Assembly (NCBI GenBank): GCA_049430665.1
Contig: JBMTCG010000001.1
Location: forward strand, 41,742 to 105,741
DNA: 64,000 nt
Reading direction: 5' to 3'
Origin: Flavobacteriales bacterium
Lineage (GTDB): Bacteria; Bacteroidota; Bacteroidia; Flavobacteriales_C; GCA-002722245
Shown: positions 55,701 to 64,000 of the stretch, one piece after another
How positions within the stretch are numbered: the first letter of the stretch is position 1
How the letters are laid out: each line of letters opens with the position of its first letter
The notes under the pieces: model-generated
Told to the model about the DNA's origin: nothing
The model's input: only the letters and a program-made list of their open reading frames with translations
Database searches by the model: none
Made by a program: the position numbers and the translations under genes

Positions 55701-56221
55701 TTGAACAAATTGATACGCTCTCGAACATTGCTACTGAATTTTCGAACTTCGCGCGCATGCCCGATCCTGTTTTGGAAGAAGTAGATATGTTGAGTGTATT
55801 AGAAAATTGTCAGCAACTCTATTCCGATAAAGAGGAAGTAAAAATTAACATAGAAAATCACGCTAAAAATACTTTGGTAAAAGCTGATAAAGATCAAATG
55901 TTGCGCGTTTTCAATAACTTGGTGAAAAATGCCATTCAATCTATACCCGAGGATAGAAGCGGAAAAATTGAAATGATTCTTAAAAATTTGAACAACAAAA
56001 TTATCATTGAAATTCGCGACAATGGAAAAGGAATTTCTGAAGACGTTAAAGAGAAAATTTTTATTCCTAATTTCACAACGAAGAATTCGGGCATGGGGCT
56101 CGGACTCGCCATGGTGAAAAAAATGATAGAAGGGATTGATGGTAAAATTTGGTTTGAAAGCACCGAAAATATCGGCACTACATTTTATATAGAATTGCCA
56201 ACATTGAACATTGAACATTAA
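52712..56221 (+). CDS. very large multi-TM sensor histidine kinase (periplasmic N-domain, polytopic membrane region, second sensor region, HAMP, HisKA, HATPase_c)
   Basis: H-box AHEIKNPLTPM. N, G1 and G2 boxes (NLVKNAIQS … IRDNGKGI … GMGLGLAMVKKM). There are at least 8 hydrophobic helices. No receiver domain is present. Confidence 0.8.
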   Translation: MTSSKRNIVISSGLAIALLLITSFLYFQHSANNLSTSLQENFAQELSAQQKLLQLELSNLATQNNNEEELLSTKFLAFKNLYEKEGISLFIYKDSSLVFWSNNEEPIDNLLLTKDGFLNSLGGFYEKISLQKNNKTYVALLTIKQEHQFENSFVNTTFQKRFTLPKNVDITVDNKISDFPSLSNNYLHLDFSKAENHSNITVSFIEFFAILLLLFALFHTIKNTALFISCLLLLRYLLLEFQFPFHLYEATLMAPEFFAYSTWLPSLGDLLLHSIFALTFILFIAKQEIKLNAAPRITTFLVLFALLCASVLLSETIEVLVFNSNVELDVKKVFALDFYSFTSLFIILILMYSFLLFAIKMSKVLKENNIENKLIASNIIICLSIACIFYFVLDEIDDIYTLLLIIPIAAILFFRTYKGYSTFEPSSTVFLMLFISFYVSAVLENNLERKEKNYRKQKISLMSTNRDPIAEYLFNSVVPKIKSDSILFYIDDSLLTIQYLRENFSDKYWDKYDLNVVNNDDLSKMEMIYPNLFHSENLSKNGAYIAEFPLPENHKFHVSLTPRDMPDEPGFPVLLVNKETENNTLNAEYSSAKYYDGKLVNNNGAYHYPLALSSFTNNNDEEFQWLETNGYNHLLYRIDKNSSIIISLESWGVWNLFSVYSYLFILFCLIALVSFSLSYLFSHSPVQPSFKNRLQFSMLILLFFSAVMTGAGSVYYISKQYNKKNEEAITEKIKSVKMGVERRLKRRNGFSDKELIQEKLDRYSKIFFSDINLFDANGRIIASSRNEIFSEGLLSQNMHPQAFYQMHYLHKTHYTQTEEIESMKYLSAYTPFFDDKSKVMGYLNLPYFSRQNELSTEISNFLVALVNIYGLLVVLSLLAALVVSNYITKPLSIIQEKLKNISLGKRNEMIQWSGTDEIGSLVSEYNRKVLELSESAEKLAKSEREGAWREMAKQVAHEIKNPLTPMKLNVQYLKRLYKDIPQDEFEERLTKISNSLIEQIDTLSNIATEFSNFARMPDPVLEEVDMLSVLENCQQLYSDKEEVKINIENHAKNTLVKADKDQMLRVFNNLVKNAIQSIPEDRSGKIEMILKNLNNKIIIEIRDNGKGISEDVKEKIFIPNFTTKNSGMGLGLAMVKKMIEGIDGKIWFESTENIGTTFYIELPTLNIEH

Positions 56222-56235
56222 ACTTTGAACTAAAT

Positions 56236-57198
56236 ATGAAATACACTATTGGAATCGACATTGGAGGAACCAACACAGAAATTGGATTGGTAGATGAAAA
56301 CGGACACGTTGTAGCTTACAAAAACTTATCTACAAAGGCTTATCCGGTTTTTGAAATGTTTGTAGATACTTTATCTGATGAAATTAAAACCATCATCAAC
56401 GCCAACAAAGACAAGGAATGTTTAGGTATTGGTATTGGTGCGCCAAACGCGAACTATTACAACGGTATGATTCAAGAAGCCGTGAATTTGTTGTGGAGAG
56501 GTGATTTACCATTGAAAAAAGAAGTAGAAAAACGAACAGGCTTAAGCGTTTATGTTACCAACGATGCGAACGCTGCTGCTATTGGTGAAAAACTATTTGG
56601 TGCTGCTAAAGGTATGCGCGATTTCGCTGTTATTACTTTGGGTACAGGCGTGGGCTCTGGCATTGTAGTAAATGACGAAATGGTGTATGGTCACGATGGA
56701 TTTGCAGGTGAGCTAGGACACATCATCATTGAAGAAAACGGACGCTTATGCAACTGCGGAAGATACGGCTGTTTGGAGACTTACGCTTCTGTTACGGGCT
56801 TGGTAAATACTGCCCGACAAATGGCAGAAAACTATACAGGTAATTCAACTTTAAAAGCTGTAGGCAAGGAAAATATCACAGGTAAAATGATTGGTGATGC
56901 TGCGCGTGATGGCGATGAATTGGCAATTGAAATTTTCGATTACACTGCAAGAAAATTAGGAATAGGCTTGGCAAATTTGGTTGCTATCACAAGACCAGAA
57001 GCCATAATTTTATACGGTGGTATGGTTAAAGCCAACGAAGTATTGCTTGTACCAACAGAAAAATACATGAACGAATTCATGCTACACATGTGGAAAGGAA
57101 AAGTGAAATTGTTGAAATCAACTCTGCCTGGTCCGAACGCCGCAATTGTTGGCGCCGCTGCATTAGCTGCTGAAGAAGTTAGTAAAGGAAGAAAATAA
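56236..57198 (+). CDS. ROK-family glucokinase
   Basis: N-terminal IGIDIGGTNTEIGLV and the ROK zinc motif CNCGRYGCLETYAS. Confidence 0.8.
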   Translation: MKYTIGIDIGGTNTEIGLVDENGHVVAYKNLSTKAYPVFEMFVDTLSDEIKTIINANKDKECLGIGIGAPNANYYNGMIQEAVNLLWRGDLPLKKEVEKRTGLSVYVTNDANAAAIGEKLFGAAKGMRDFAVITLGTGVGSGIVVNDEMVYGHDGFAGELGHIIIEENGRLCNCGRYGCLETYASVTGLVNTARQMAENYTGNSTLKAVGKENITGKMIGDAARDGDELAIEIFDYTARKLGIGLANLVAITRPEAIILYGGMVKANEVLLVPTEKYMNEFMLHMWKGKVKLLKSTLPGPNAAIVGAAALAAEEVSKGRK

Positions 57199-57206
57199 AT
57201 AAGTAG

Positions 57207-57300
57207 GGCAATAGTCCCGTCGGTTTAAGGGTGACAACTACTACTCAAGTAACACTTACCCAGTATGTCATCCTGAGGTACCCCGAAGGAACTATTGTCC
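57207..57300. repeat. second copy of the palindromic interspersed element (right arm 57266-57300 exact; left arm degenerate)
   Basis: CTTACCCAGTATGTCATCCTGAGGTACCCCGAAGGAACTATTGTCC matches copy 1 (2642-2741) over 46 nt with one mismatch. The left arm GGGCAATAGTCCCGTCGG…GGTGACAA is a diverged partner. Confidence 0.7.
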
Positions 57301-57319
57301 TGCACATCAAACCACAATT

Positions 57320-58093
57320 ATGAGCTACACCAATATCATATCACAAATTGCGGATGGAATCTCCACCATCACCATCAACCGTCCGCAACAACTCAATGTG
57401 CTCAACAAACAAACCATTGAAGAGTTAAACTCCGCATTGAATGAATTAGAAAATAATGCGTCTGTGCGTGTTGTCATCATCACAGGTGCTGGTGAAAAAG
57501 CATTTGTTGCTGGTGCCGACATCAAAGAATTTGCTCAATTCTCTACCGAACAAGGCAAACAACTGAGCGCCAAAGGTCACGAATTGTTGTTCGATAAAGT
57601 CGCCAATTTCTCCAAACCTGTTATTGCAGCCATCAACGGATTTGCATTGGGTGGAGGGTTGGAATTAGCCATGGCTTGTCACATTAGAATTGCCTCTGAA
57701 AATGCACGTATGGGCTTACCTGAAGTCGGACTTGGCGTTATCCCTGGCTATGGCGGAACACAGCGCTTACCTCAACTCATTGGCAAATCAAAAGCCATGG
57801 AAATGATTCTCACAGCCGAAATGATTGATGTTAAAATTGCATTGCACTACGGCTTGATAAATCGCGTAGTTCCATCAACAGAATTACTCGCAAAAGCGAC
57901 CGACATCGCAAAAAAAATAATGAAGAATTCTCCTATGGCTTTAACGTCTGCTATAAAAGCGGTAAATGCCAATTATACTGATGGTCTAAACGGTTTTGCA
58001 GAAGAAATAAAACTCTTTGGTGAATGCTTCGGCACCAAAGATTTTGAGGAAGGAACCACTGCATTTTTAGAAAAAAGAAAAGCGAATTTTTAA
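57320..58093 (+). CDS. enoyl-CoA hydratase/isomerase family protein
   Basis: Crotonase fold motifs AAINGFALGGGLELAMACH and the catalytic Glu context. Confidence 0.85.
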   Translation: MSYTNIISQIADGISTITINRPQQLNVLNKQTIEELNSALNELENNASVRVVIITGAGEKAFVAGADIKEFAQFSTEQGKQLSAKGHELLFDKVANFSKPVIAAINGFALGGGLELAMACHIRIASENARMGLPEVGLGVIPGYGGTQRLPQLIGKSKAMEMILTAEMIDVKIALHYGLINRVVPSTELLAKATDIAKKIMKNSPMALTSAIKAVNANYTDGLNGFAEEIKLFGECFGTKDFEEGTTAFLEKRKANF

Positions 58094-58174
58094 GAAATAT
58101 AAACAATCAAATCTTAATAGTTCCTGCCATTTATAAGTGCACAAACAAGAGTTTAGGCCTATCTTCGAAGCCTA

Positions 58175-59683
58175 ATGAGTGCAATTAAAAAATTACTCGG
58201 ACAAACAGCCGTTTACGGACTAAGCAGCATATTGGGCAGAATGGCCAATTACCTCTTGCTTACTCCCCTTTTTGCACGCGTTTTTTCTGTTGAACAATTT
58301 GGCGTAATCACCAACACCTACTCATGGGTGGCCATGATGATTATTTTCTTTACTTACGGTTTAGAAACTGGTTTTTTCCGTTATGCCTCGTCACATGAAG
58401 ACCGCAAAGATGAGGTGTATTCTACCGCCTTTATCTCTGTGCTATCCACCTCCATTCTTTTGGTGGGCGCTATTGTCTTCTTCTCTCAAGATATTGCTAA
58501 TGCAATGAAATATCCCGACCATAGTGAGTTCATCACCTATCTTGGCATAATCGTAGGTATCGATGCGTTAACCGCCATTCCGTTTGCTGGTTTAAGAATG
58601 AAGGAAAAGGCTAAAAAATTTGCATTTATACGATTGTTCTCATTGGGTGTAAATATTTTCCTCAATTTCTTCTTTTATGTACTTTGCCCTTACCTCACTA
58701 GTGAATACAACTACGAGTGGTTCAACAAATTGATTTATTTAGTTTACGAACCACATGTTGGTGTTCGCTATGTCTTTATTGCGAACCTCATAGCTAGCAT
58801 TGTGACCTTCTTACTACTGCTTCCCGAAATTGTAAATCACCGTTGGAAATTCGATGTTCCTCTTTGGAAAAAGCTAATTCCTTACTCAGCACCCATGCTT
58901 TTTGTTGGCGTTGCTGGAGCGGTAAATCAGCATTTCGATAAATTAGTGACCAACTACCTATTACCCGAAAAATTAGCCTTACACGAAATTGGAATTTACG
59001 GCGCCATATTCAAATTGTCTATCATGATTACGCTGTTTATTCAAGCCTATCAATACGCTGGAGAACCCTTCTTCTTCAAGAAAAGTAAAGATGTTGATGC
59101 TAAAAAAACCTTCGCTGATGTTGCCAAATATTTCACACTAATTACCTGTATCGGTTTCTTGGGAATTATGCTGGGGGCCGAACTTTTACTCAATACTCTT
59201 TTAGGCAAAGAAGAATTTAAAGAAGGTTTATTTGTGTTGCCGCTAATTATGATGGGCTCTATCTTTTACGGCATTTACTATAGCTTAAGCAACTGGTATA
59301 AGTTGAGCAACAAAACATATTTTGGCGGACTCATTTCCTCTTTCGGAAGCGTGATTACCTTGGTGGGTAATTTCTTGCTAATTCCCTTTTTCGAAAAGCT
59401 AATGCCTGGCAAAGGCTACTTGGGTTGCGCCATTACCAACTTTACGTGTTATTTGGCGATGGTGGTGATTTCGTATTATCTCGGACAAAAATATTACCCC
59501 ATCAACTATCCAGTAAAACGTATTTTATTCTATTTGGCTTTGGCCATGGCACTTGTAGCGGTAGATATGCTCATCACTTCACACCTTGGCACAGTGCTTA
59601 GATATTCTATTTCAAGCGTACTGTTTTTGGGCTACATAGCATTGGCTTACATTTTAGAAAAACCGAAAAAAATTATACCTTAG
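58175..59683 (+). CDS. polysaccharide biosynthesis/oligosaccharide flippase-family (MOP superfamily) membrane protein
   Basis: Predicted polytopic membrane protein of about 500 aa, with about 12-14 helices. This is the typical Wzx-like architecture. Confidence 0.55.
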   Translation: MSAIKKLLGQTAVYGLSSILGRMANYLLLTPLFARVFSVEQFGVITNTYSWVAMMIIFFTYGLETGFFRYASSHEDRKDEVYSTAFISVLSTSILLVGAIVFFSQDIANAMKYPDHSEFITYLGIIVGIDALTAIPFAGLRMKEKAKKFAFIRLFSLGVNIFLNFFFYVLCPYLTSEYNYEWFNKLIYLVYEPHVGVRYVFIANLIASIVTFLLLLPEIVNHRWKFDVPLWKKLIPYSAPMLFVGVAGAVNQHFDKLVTNYLLPEKLALHEIGIYGAIFKLSIMITLFIQAYQYAGEPFFFKKSKDVDAKKTFADVAKYFTLITCIGFLGIMLGAELLLNTLLGKEEFKEGLFVLPLIMMGSIFYGIYYSLSNWYKLSNKTYFGGLISSFGSVITLVGNFLLIPFFEKLMPGKGYLGCAITNFTCYLAMVVISYYLGQKYYPINYPVKRILFYLALAMALVAVDMLITSHLGTVLRYSISSVLFLGYIALAYILEKPKKIIP

Positions 59684-59702
59684 AACACCAATATTTGCGA
59701 GC

Positions 59703-60140
59703 ATGACGAAAGTGAAAGTGATCAATAAATCGAAGCATAGTTTACCCAAATACGAAACATTGTTTTCGGCAGGTATGGACCTTCGCGCAAACATGGAAAA
59801 TCCTATTGTTTTAAAACCGCTCGAAAGAGCTTTGATTCCAACAGGATTGTTCATTCAACTGCCGCAAAATTGTGAAGCACAAATTCGTCCGCGCAGCGGC
59901 TTAGCCTTCAAAAAAGGAATCACCGTTTTAAATTCTCCAGGCACCATTGATGCCGATTATCGCGGAGAAATTGGCGTTTTGTTGGTGAACCTTTCGGCGC
60001 AAGATTTTGTAGTTGAAGATGGAGAGCGCGTAGCACAAATGGTTGTTGCCGAGTTCAAACAAATAGCATGGGATGAGAGTGCAGAATTAGAAAACACAGA
60101 TAGAGGCGCTGGTGGTTTCGGAAGTACAGGAGTTAAATAA
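59703..60140 (+). CDS. dut: dUTP diphosphatase
   Basis: Motifs [18 protein letters not shown] and [13 protein letters not shown]. Confidence 0.9.
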   Translation: MTKVKVINKSKHSLPKYETLFSAGMDLRANMENPIVLKPLERALIPTGLFIQLPQNCEAQIRPRSGLAFKKGITVLNSPGTIDADYRGEIGVLLVNLSAQDFVVEDGERVAQMVVAEFKQIAWDESAELENTDRGAGGFGSTGVK

Positions 60141-60160
60141 ATTATATAAAAATCAACCGC

Positions 60161-61162
60161 ATGAAAATTATCGTTCCAATGGCAGGTATGGGTAAAAGAA
60201 TGAGACCTCATACACTTACCACTCCAAAACCTTTGATTCCTGTTGCAGGAAAATCAATCGTTAAAAGTTTAGTTGAAGACCTTGTAGGTGTTTGCAAAGA
60301 AAAAGTTGACGAAATTGGTTTCGTTATTGGCGACTTCGGTAAAGAGGTTGAAAAAGAATTAATCGCTATTGCAGAAAGCTTAGGCGCTAAAGGAAAAATA
60401 TTTTATCAGAAAGAAGCATTGGGTACAGCGCACGCTATTCTTTGTGCACAAGAGCTTTTGGTGGGTAAAACCATTGTAGCTTTTGCAGATACTTTGTTCA
60501 AAGCAAATTTCACTTTAGATGACGCTGCAGATGGTATTATTTGGGTTCACAAAGTAGAAGATCCGCGTGCTTACGGTGTGGTGAAAATCGACGCCAACAA
60601 CCACATCACCGACTTCGTTGAAAAACCAGAAACTTTTGTAAGTGACTTGGCCATCATTGGTATTTACTACGTGAAAGATGGTGAAATGCTAAGAAAAGAA
60701 ATGCAGTACTTAATCGACAACGATTTAAAAGACAAAGGAGAATATCAATTGACTAACGCTTTGGAAACAATGAAACAAAAAGGCGTGAAATTCACTCCGG
60801 GCGCTGTTGATGAGTGGTTAGATTGCGGTAACAAAAATGCCACAGTAAACGCCAACCAACGTGTGTTGGAATTCAAAAAAGGAGACGCTTCATTGAAAGG
60901 TTCTTTCAAAATTGTTAACTCTGTTATCATTGAGCCTTGCTTCATTGGCAATGGCGTAGAGTTGGTAAATTCGGTGGTGGGTCCGCATGTATCTATCGGA
61001 GACAATACCAAAATCACTTCTTCCGTTATCAGCAACAGCATCGTACAAAAAAACACCAAAATTTCTAATTCAAACATTAAAAATTCTATGGTAGGCAACT
61101 ATGCTGAAATTACAGGCGCAGCGCGTGAATTGAGCGTGGGCGACTATAACACAGAGAATTAA
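60161..61162 (+). CDS. sugar-phosphate nucleotidyltransferase with C-terminal left-handed beta-helix (hexapeptide) domain
   Basis: N-terminal MKIIVPMAGMGKRMRP…PKPLIPVAGK is the NTP-transferase G-x-G-x-R motif. Hexapeptide repeats lie in the C-terminal third. Confidence 0.7.
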   Translation: MKIIVPMAGMGKRMRPHTLTTPKPLIPVAGKSIVKSLVEDLVGVCKEKVDEIGFVIGDFGKEVEKELIAIAESLGAKGKIFYQKEALGTAHAILCAQELLVGKTIVAFADTLFKANFTLDDAADGIIWVHKVEDPRAYGVVKIDANNHITDFVEKPETFVSDLAIIGIYYVKDGEMLRKEMQYLIDNDLKDKGEYQLTNALETMKQKGVKFTPGAVDEWLDCGNKNATVNANQRVLEFKKGDASLKGSFKIVNSVIIEPCFIGNGVELVNSVVGPHVSIGDNTKITSSVISNSIVQKNTKISNSNIKNSMVGNYAEITGAARELSVGDYNTEN

Positions 61163-61164
61163 TA

Positions 61165-62892
61165 TTGATGCAATGGCGTTTAGCGATAGCTTTAGTACTG
61201 CTTGTTTTTGCTTCGTGTAAAAACAAGCAGTTGCTTAGCGCCAATGATGAAAAAAAGCTCTCTCCCGACGACGACTTCAAATTCAACTACCACTTTGTAG
61301 AAGCCAAAAGGTGTCAGATTTTACACCAAAACGACAAAGCAAAAGCGAATTTCGAAAGTGCTTTAAAAATCGACAACACCTGCGCTACCTGCTACTACGA
61401 ATTGGCCATTATGGCCGATGAAGCCCACAACACTGCTGATGCACTTCGTTTGCTTAAAAAAGCCTTGAAATACGATGGCGAAAACAAATGGATTTTACGT
61501 TTCTACGCCGAGCTTACCCGTGAGCAAAAAATGTACGAAGAATGCATTTGGGCTTATGAAAAAATGGTGAAGGTTGAACCTACCGAACTGCAACATTACT
61601 ACGATTTAGCACAAACACACATTGAAAACAGAAATTACGAAAAAGCCATAGTGGTTTACAACTCAGCTGAACAAAAATCGGGAATTAAAGCAGAAACTTC
61701 CATTCAAAAACATTCAATCTACGCTCGTTTAAACAAACCAACAGAAGCTATTGGTGAATTGCAAAAACTCATTGCCCACTTTCCAAAGGAAACTAAATAT
61801 TTAATTCTGCTGGCCGATTACTACCACTATCTTAAACGGGATGAAGAAGCGGTAAAGATTTATGAAGATGCTGTAAATGTAATCCCTTGCCTTACACAAG
61901 CCCGACTATCTCTTTACGATTTCTATAGAACGCAAAACGAAAGAACAAAAGCTTTCGATCAGCTAGAAAAAGCATTCAAGTGCAAAGACATGAATGTAGA
62001 TAGCAAAGTGGAAATTCTACTAAAATATTACAGCATTTCTAAAAACGATTCAATGCTGAGCAAAGAAATCTATCATTTGCTAGAGGTGGTCAATACCACT
62101 CACCCTAACGAAGCAGTTGCCATAACATTATTGGCCGATTATTACTACCGCGACAACGCATTCGAGAAGGCACGCAACGAATACAAAAAGGCATTAGATT
62201 TACAAGGCGATAAGTATTTAATTTGGAGACAAATTTTAGAAGTTGATGCTCAATTAAAAGACTATCAAAATATGTTTGATGAAGCTAATAAAGCTTTAGA
62301 ATTATTTCCCATTCAAGCCGAATTGTATTGGTACAAAGGCATAGCAGCTATGCAACTTAAAAAGAACGACGATGCAATTGAAGCACTTGAAAGCGGAGTT
62401 GAATTGGTAGAAGGCAACAAGGCCTTAAAAGCCGAATTTTACTCGTACTTGGGCGATTTGTACAACACCAAAAAACTATATTCAAAATCTGATGAAAATT
62501 ATGATAAAGCGCTAGAACTCGACCCTAAAAACTTCTATGTTCTCAACAATTATTCATACTACCTATCATTGCGAAAAGAACAATTGGAAAAAGCAGCAGA
62601 GATGTCGAAACTATCCAACGAATTGTCGCCAGAAAATGCATCGTTTGAAGATACCTATGGATGGATTTTGTACGAACAAAAGAAATACAGCGAAGCATTG
62701 GAATGGCTGCATAAAGCCGAGCAACATGGCGGAGAAAATAACGGCACTATTTTAGAACACATTGGAGATGCTTACTTTCGCAACGGAAATGTAGAAGAAG
62801 CAATGAATTATTGGAAAAAAGCCAAGGCTTCGGGGAACGAAATAAGTGATACTTTAGATTTGAAAATACAGCGTAAAAAAATTATTGATTGA
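61165..62892 (+). CDS. tetratricopeptide-repeat lipoprotein
   Basis: Lipobox VFASCKN. It has multiple TPR units, for example AYEKMVKVEPTELQHYYDLAQTHIENRNYEKA. Confidence 0.65.
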   Translation: MMQWRLAIALVLLVFASCKNKQLLSANDEKKLSPDDDFKFNYHFVEAKRCQILHQNDKAKANFESALKIDNTCATCYYELAIMADEAHNTADALRLLKKALKYDGENKWILRFYAELTREQKMYEECIWAYEKMVKVEPTELQHYYDLAQTHIENRNYEKAIVVYNSAEQKSGIKAETSIQKHSIYARLNKPTEAIGELQKLIAHFPKETKYLILLADYYHYLKRDEEAVKIYEDAVNVIPCLTQARLSLYDFYRTQNERTKAFDQLEKAFKCKDMNVDSKVEILLKYYSISKNDSMLSKEIYHLLEVVNTTHPNEAVAITLLADYYYRDNAFEKARNEYKKALDLQGDKYLIWRQILEVDAQLKDYQNMFDEANKALELFPIQAELYWYKGIAAMQLKKNDDAIEALESGVELVEGNKALKAEFYSYLGDLYNTKKLYSKSDENYDKALELDPKNFYVLNNYSYYLSLRKEQLEKAAEMSKLSNELSPENASFEDTYGWILYEQKKYSEALEWLHKAEQHGGENNGTILEHIGDAYFRNGNVEEAMNYWKKAKASGNEISDTLDLKIQRKKIID

Positions 62893-63695
62893 TGCGACAA
62901 CTGCTCTATATATCTACCTTTTTGCTCTTCGCTGCGTTTGCCTGCAAGGCATCGAAAAAGAAAGCAAAAACAAAAGAGGCGTACACCGAAAATAATGTGT
63001 CGGTAAAAGCCAAATATTACAATCCGAAATTCAATTGGTTGAAAGGTAAGATGGACATTTCAGGAAGCGATATTCCGGTAGAAGTGAGCGCAAACCTTCG
63101 CATGAAAAAAGACAGTATCATTTGGATTTCGGCTTCCGTTGGCGGTTTTCCAGTGGCTAAACTGGTTTTTACCAAAGATACCCTTATCGTTCTCGACAAT
63201 TTTAAAAACCGCTATTTCGCTGGCAACTACAAAAAGATTAACGATTCACTGCAAACAAACATCAACTTTGAAATGCTACAGGCTGTTCTTTTGGGTGAAT
63301 TTTATCCTTTGTTTCACGACTCAACATACACTTCTTATCAAGAAAATTTAAGTGTTTTATACTGCACTCCTAAAAGAGAGCAAACCGAATTGGCTATTCA
63401 AAACAAAGGATTTTCTTCATCTTCAAAACCCTTTCATGCTATTTGGCTAAACGACGACAGCACTCGTGTTCAGAGAGTTTACTATCAAGAACCCCTTAAA
63501 AAAGTAATTTTAGATATCGTGTACTTAAGTAGGCACGATGACGATAAAAAATTACCTAAAATAACAGAGGTAAGAATGAAAGGCAAAGACGAAAAAGAAA
63601 GCACTATTCGTTTAGAATTAAACAAAATGGATATTCAAAAAGATGCTTTAGATACCGAAATAAAAATTCCTCAAGGATATGTTAAGATGCAATAA
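62889..63695 (+). CDS. DUF4292-like lipoprotein (LolA-like fold, candidate)
   Basis: Lipobox AFACKAS and the 268-aa size. Its position after a TPR gene and before an EnvC-like gene matches the usual Bacteroidota arrangement. It overlaps the neighbouring genes by 4 nt and 17 nt. Confidence 0.45.
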   Translation: MMRQLLYISTFLLFAAFACKASKKKAKTKEAYTENNVSVKAKYYNPKFNWLKGKMDISGSDIPVEVSANLRMKKDSIIWISASVGGFPVAKLVFTKDTLIVLDNFKNRYFAGNYKKINDSLQTNINFEMLQAVLLGEFYPLFHDSTYTSYQENLSVLYCTPKREQTELAIQNKGFSSSSKPFHAIWLNDDSTRVQRVYYQEPLKKVILDIVYLSRHDDDKKLPKITEVRMKGKDEKESTIRLELNKMDIQKDALDTEIKIPQGYVKMQ

Positions 63696-64000
63696 AATAT
63701 TCTTAGTCGTTTTACTTTTTTCTTTTTCGCTAGGCTACGCGCAAAAAGACAATCAGAGCGAACTTGCTAAAAAGAAAAGCAAAAAGGAAAAAGAAATGCA
63801 AGACTTAATTGCATTGGAAAAGGAGACAAAACTCAAAAAGAAATCTACCGAACTTACGCTCTTCATCCTCAACAAAAAAATAAGTGTGCGCGAGCAAATG
63901 ATTAACGCATACAACCAAGAAATTAGGAAAGTCGCTCGCAATATTGAAGGACAACAATCGGTGGTTAGAAAACTAGAACGCGATTTAACTAGTTTGAAAA
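63679..64000 (+). CDS. EnvC-like coiled-coil N-terminus of a probable M23 peptidase/murein hydrolase activator (partial, runs off window end)
   Basis: My own translation from ATG 63679 is MLRCNKIFLVVLLFSFSLGYAQKDNQSELAKKKSKKEKEMQDLIALEKETKLKK…, a signal peptide plus coiled coil. It is not in the ORF track because there is no stop in the window. Confidence 0.45.
   Translation, partial: MLRCNKIFLVVLLFSFSLGYAQKDNQSELAKKKSKKEKEMQDLIALEKETKLKKKSTELTLFILNKKISVREQMINAYNQEIRKVARNIEGQQSVVRKLERDLTSLK

Noticed and set aside
1-64000. CRISPR arrays, rRNA genes, additional tRNAs
   Set aside because: I scanned the intergenic regions and found no regularly spaced short direct repeats, no rRNA-like segments, and no second cloverleaf. 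Only tRNA-Asn was found.

Overview
This reads as a low-GC Bacteroidota chromosome segment, probably a gliding Flavobacteriia/Sphingobacteriia-type organism. A gldH-like lipoprotein, a PorP/SprF-like protein and two proteins with type IX secretion (T9SS) C-terminal sorting domains are present. Most genes are core housekeeping: two class A PBPs, kdsB, hemA, a hemC-hemD fusion, dxr, rseP, pyk, rnc, fabF, acpP, purN, rnhA, pepN, dut, and M20/M42/M48/M23 peptidases. The accessory part is a roughly 4.7 kb integrative element at the 3' end of tRNA-Asn(GTT), spanning about 8011-12747. It has a tyrosine integrase, an excisionase-like HTH, an XRE repressor with TCTCC-N6-GGAGA operators, a protein with an HUH-like motif, and a LamG-fold T9SS cargo. 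Its distal end is a 22-bp direct repeat of the tRNA 3' end. Other non-routine items follow. A 100-bp perfect palindromic element at 2642-2741 has a degenerate second copy at 57207-57300. An M48 protease, three tandem AIM24/TIGR00266 paralogs and a very large multi-TM histidine kinase form one cluster. An ECF sigma, anti-sigma and PorP/SprF-like gene form an operon. A 934-aa propeller/LuxR one-component regulator lies divergent to a membrane AraC gene, and the intergenic region between them carries two strong intrinsic terminators. There is a RelE/ParE-type toxin-antitoxin pair, a PSP1-gldH-PBP1A cluster whose PSP1 gene has an RPNNN-repeat tail, and a single in-frame TAG splitting a roughly 470-aa repeat protein. 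No CRISPR array or rRNA was seen. Both window edges carry partial CDSs.
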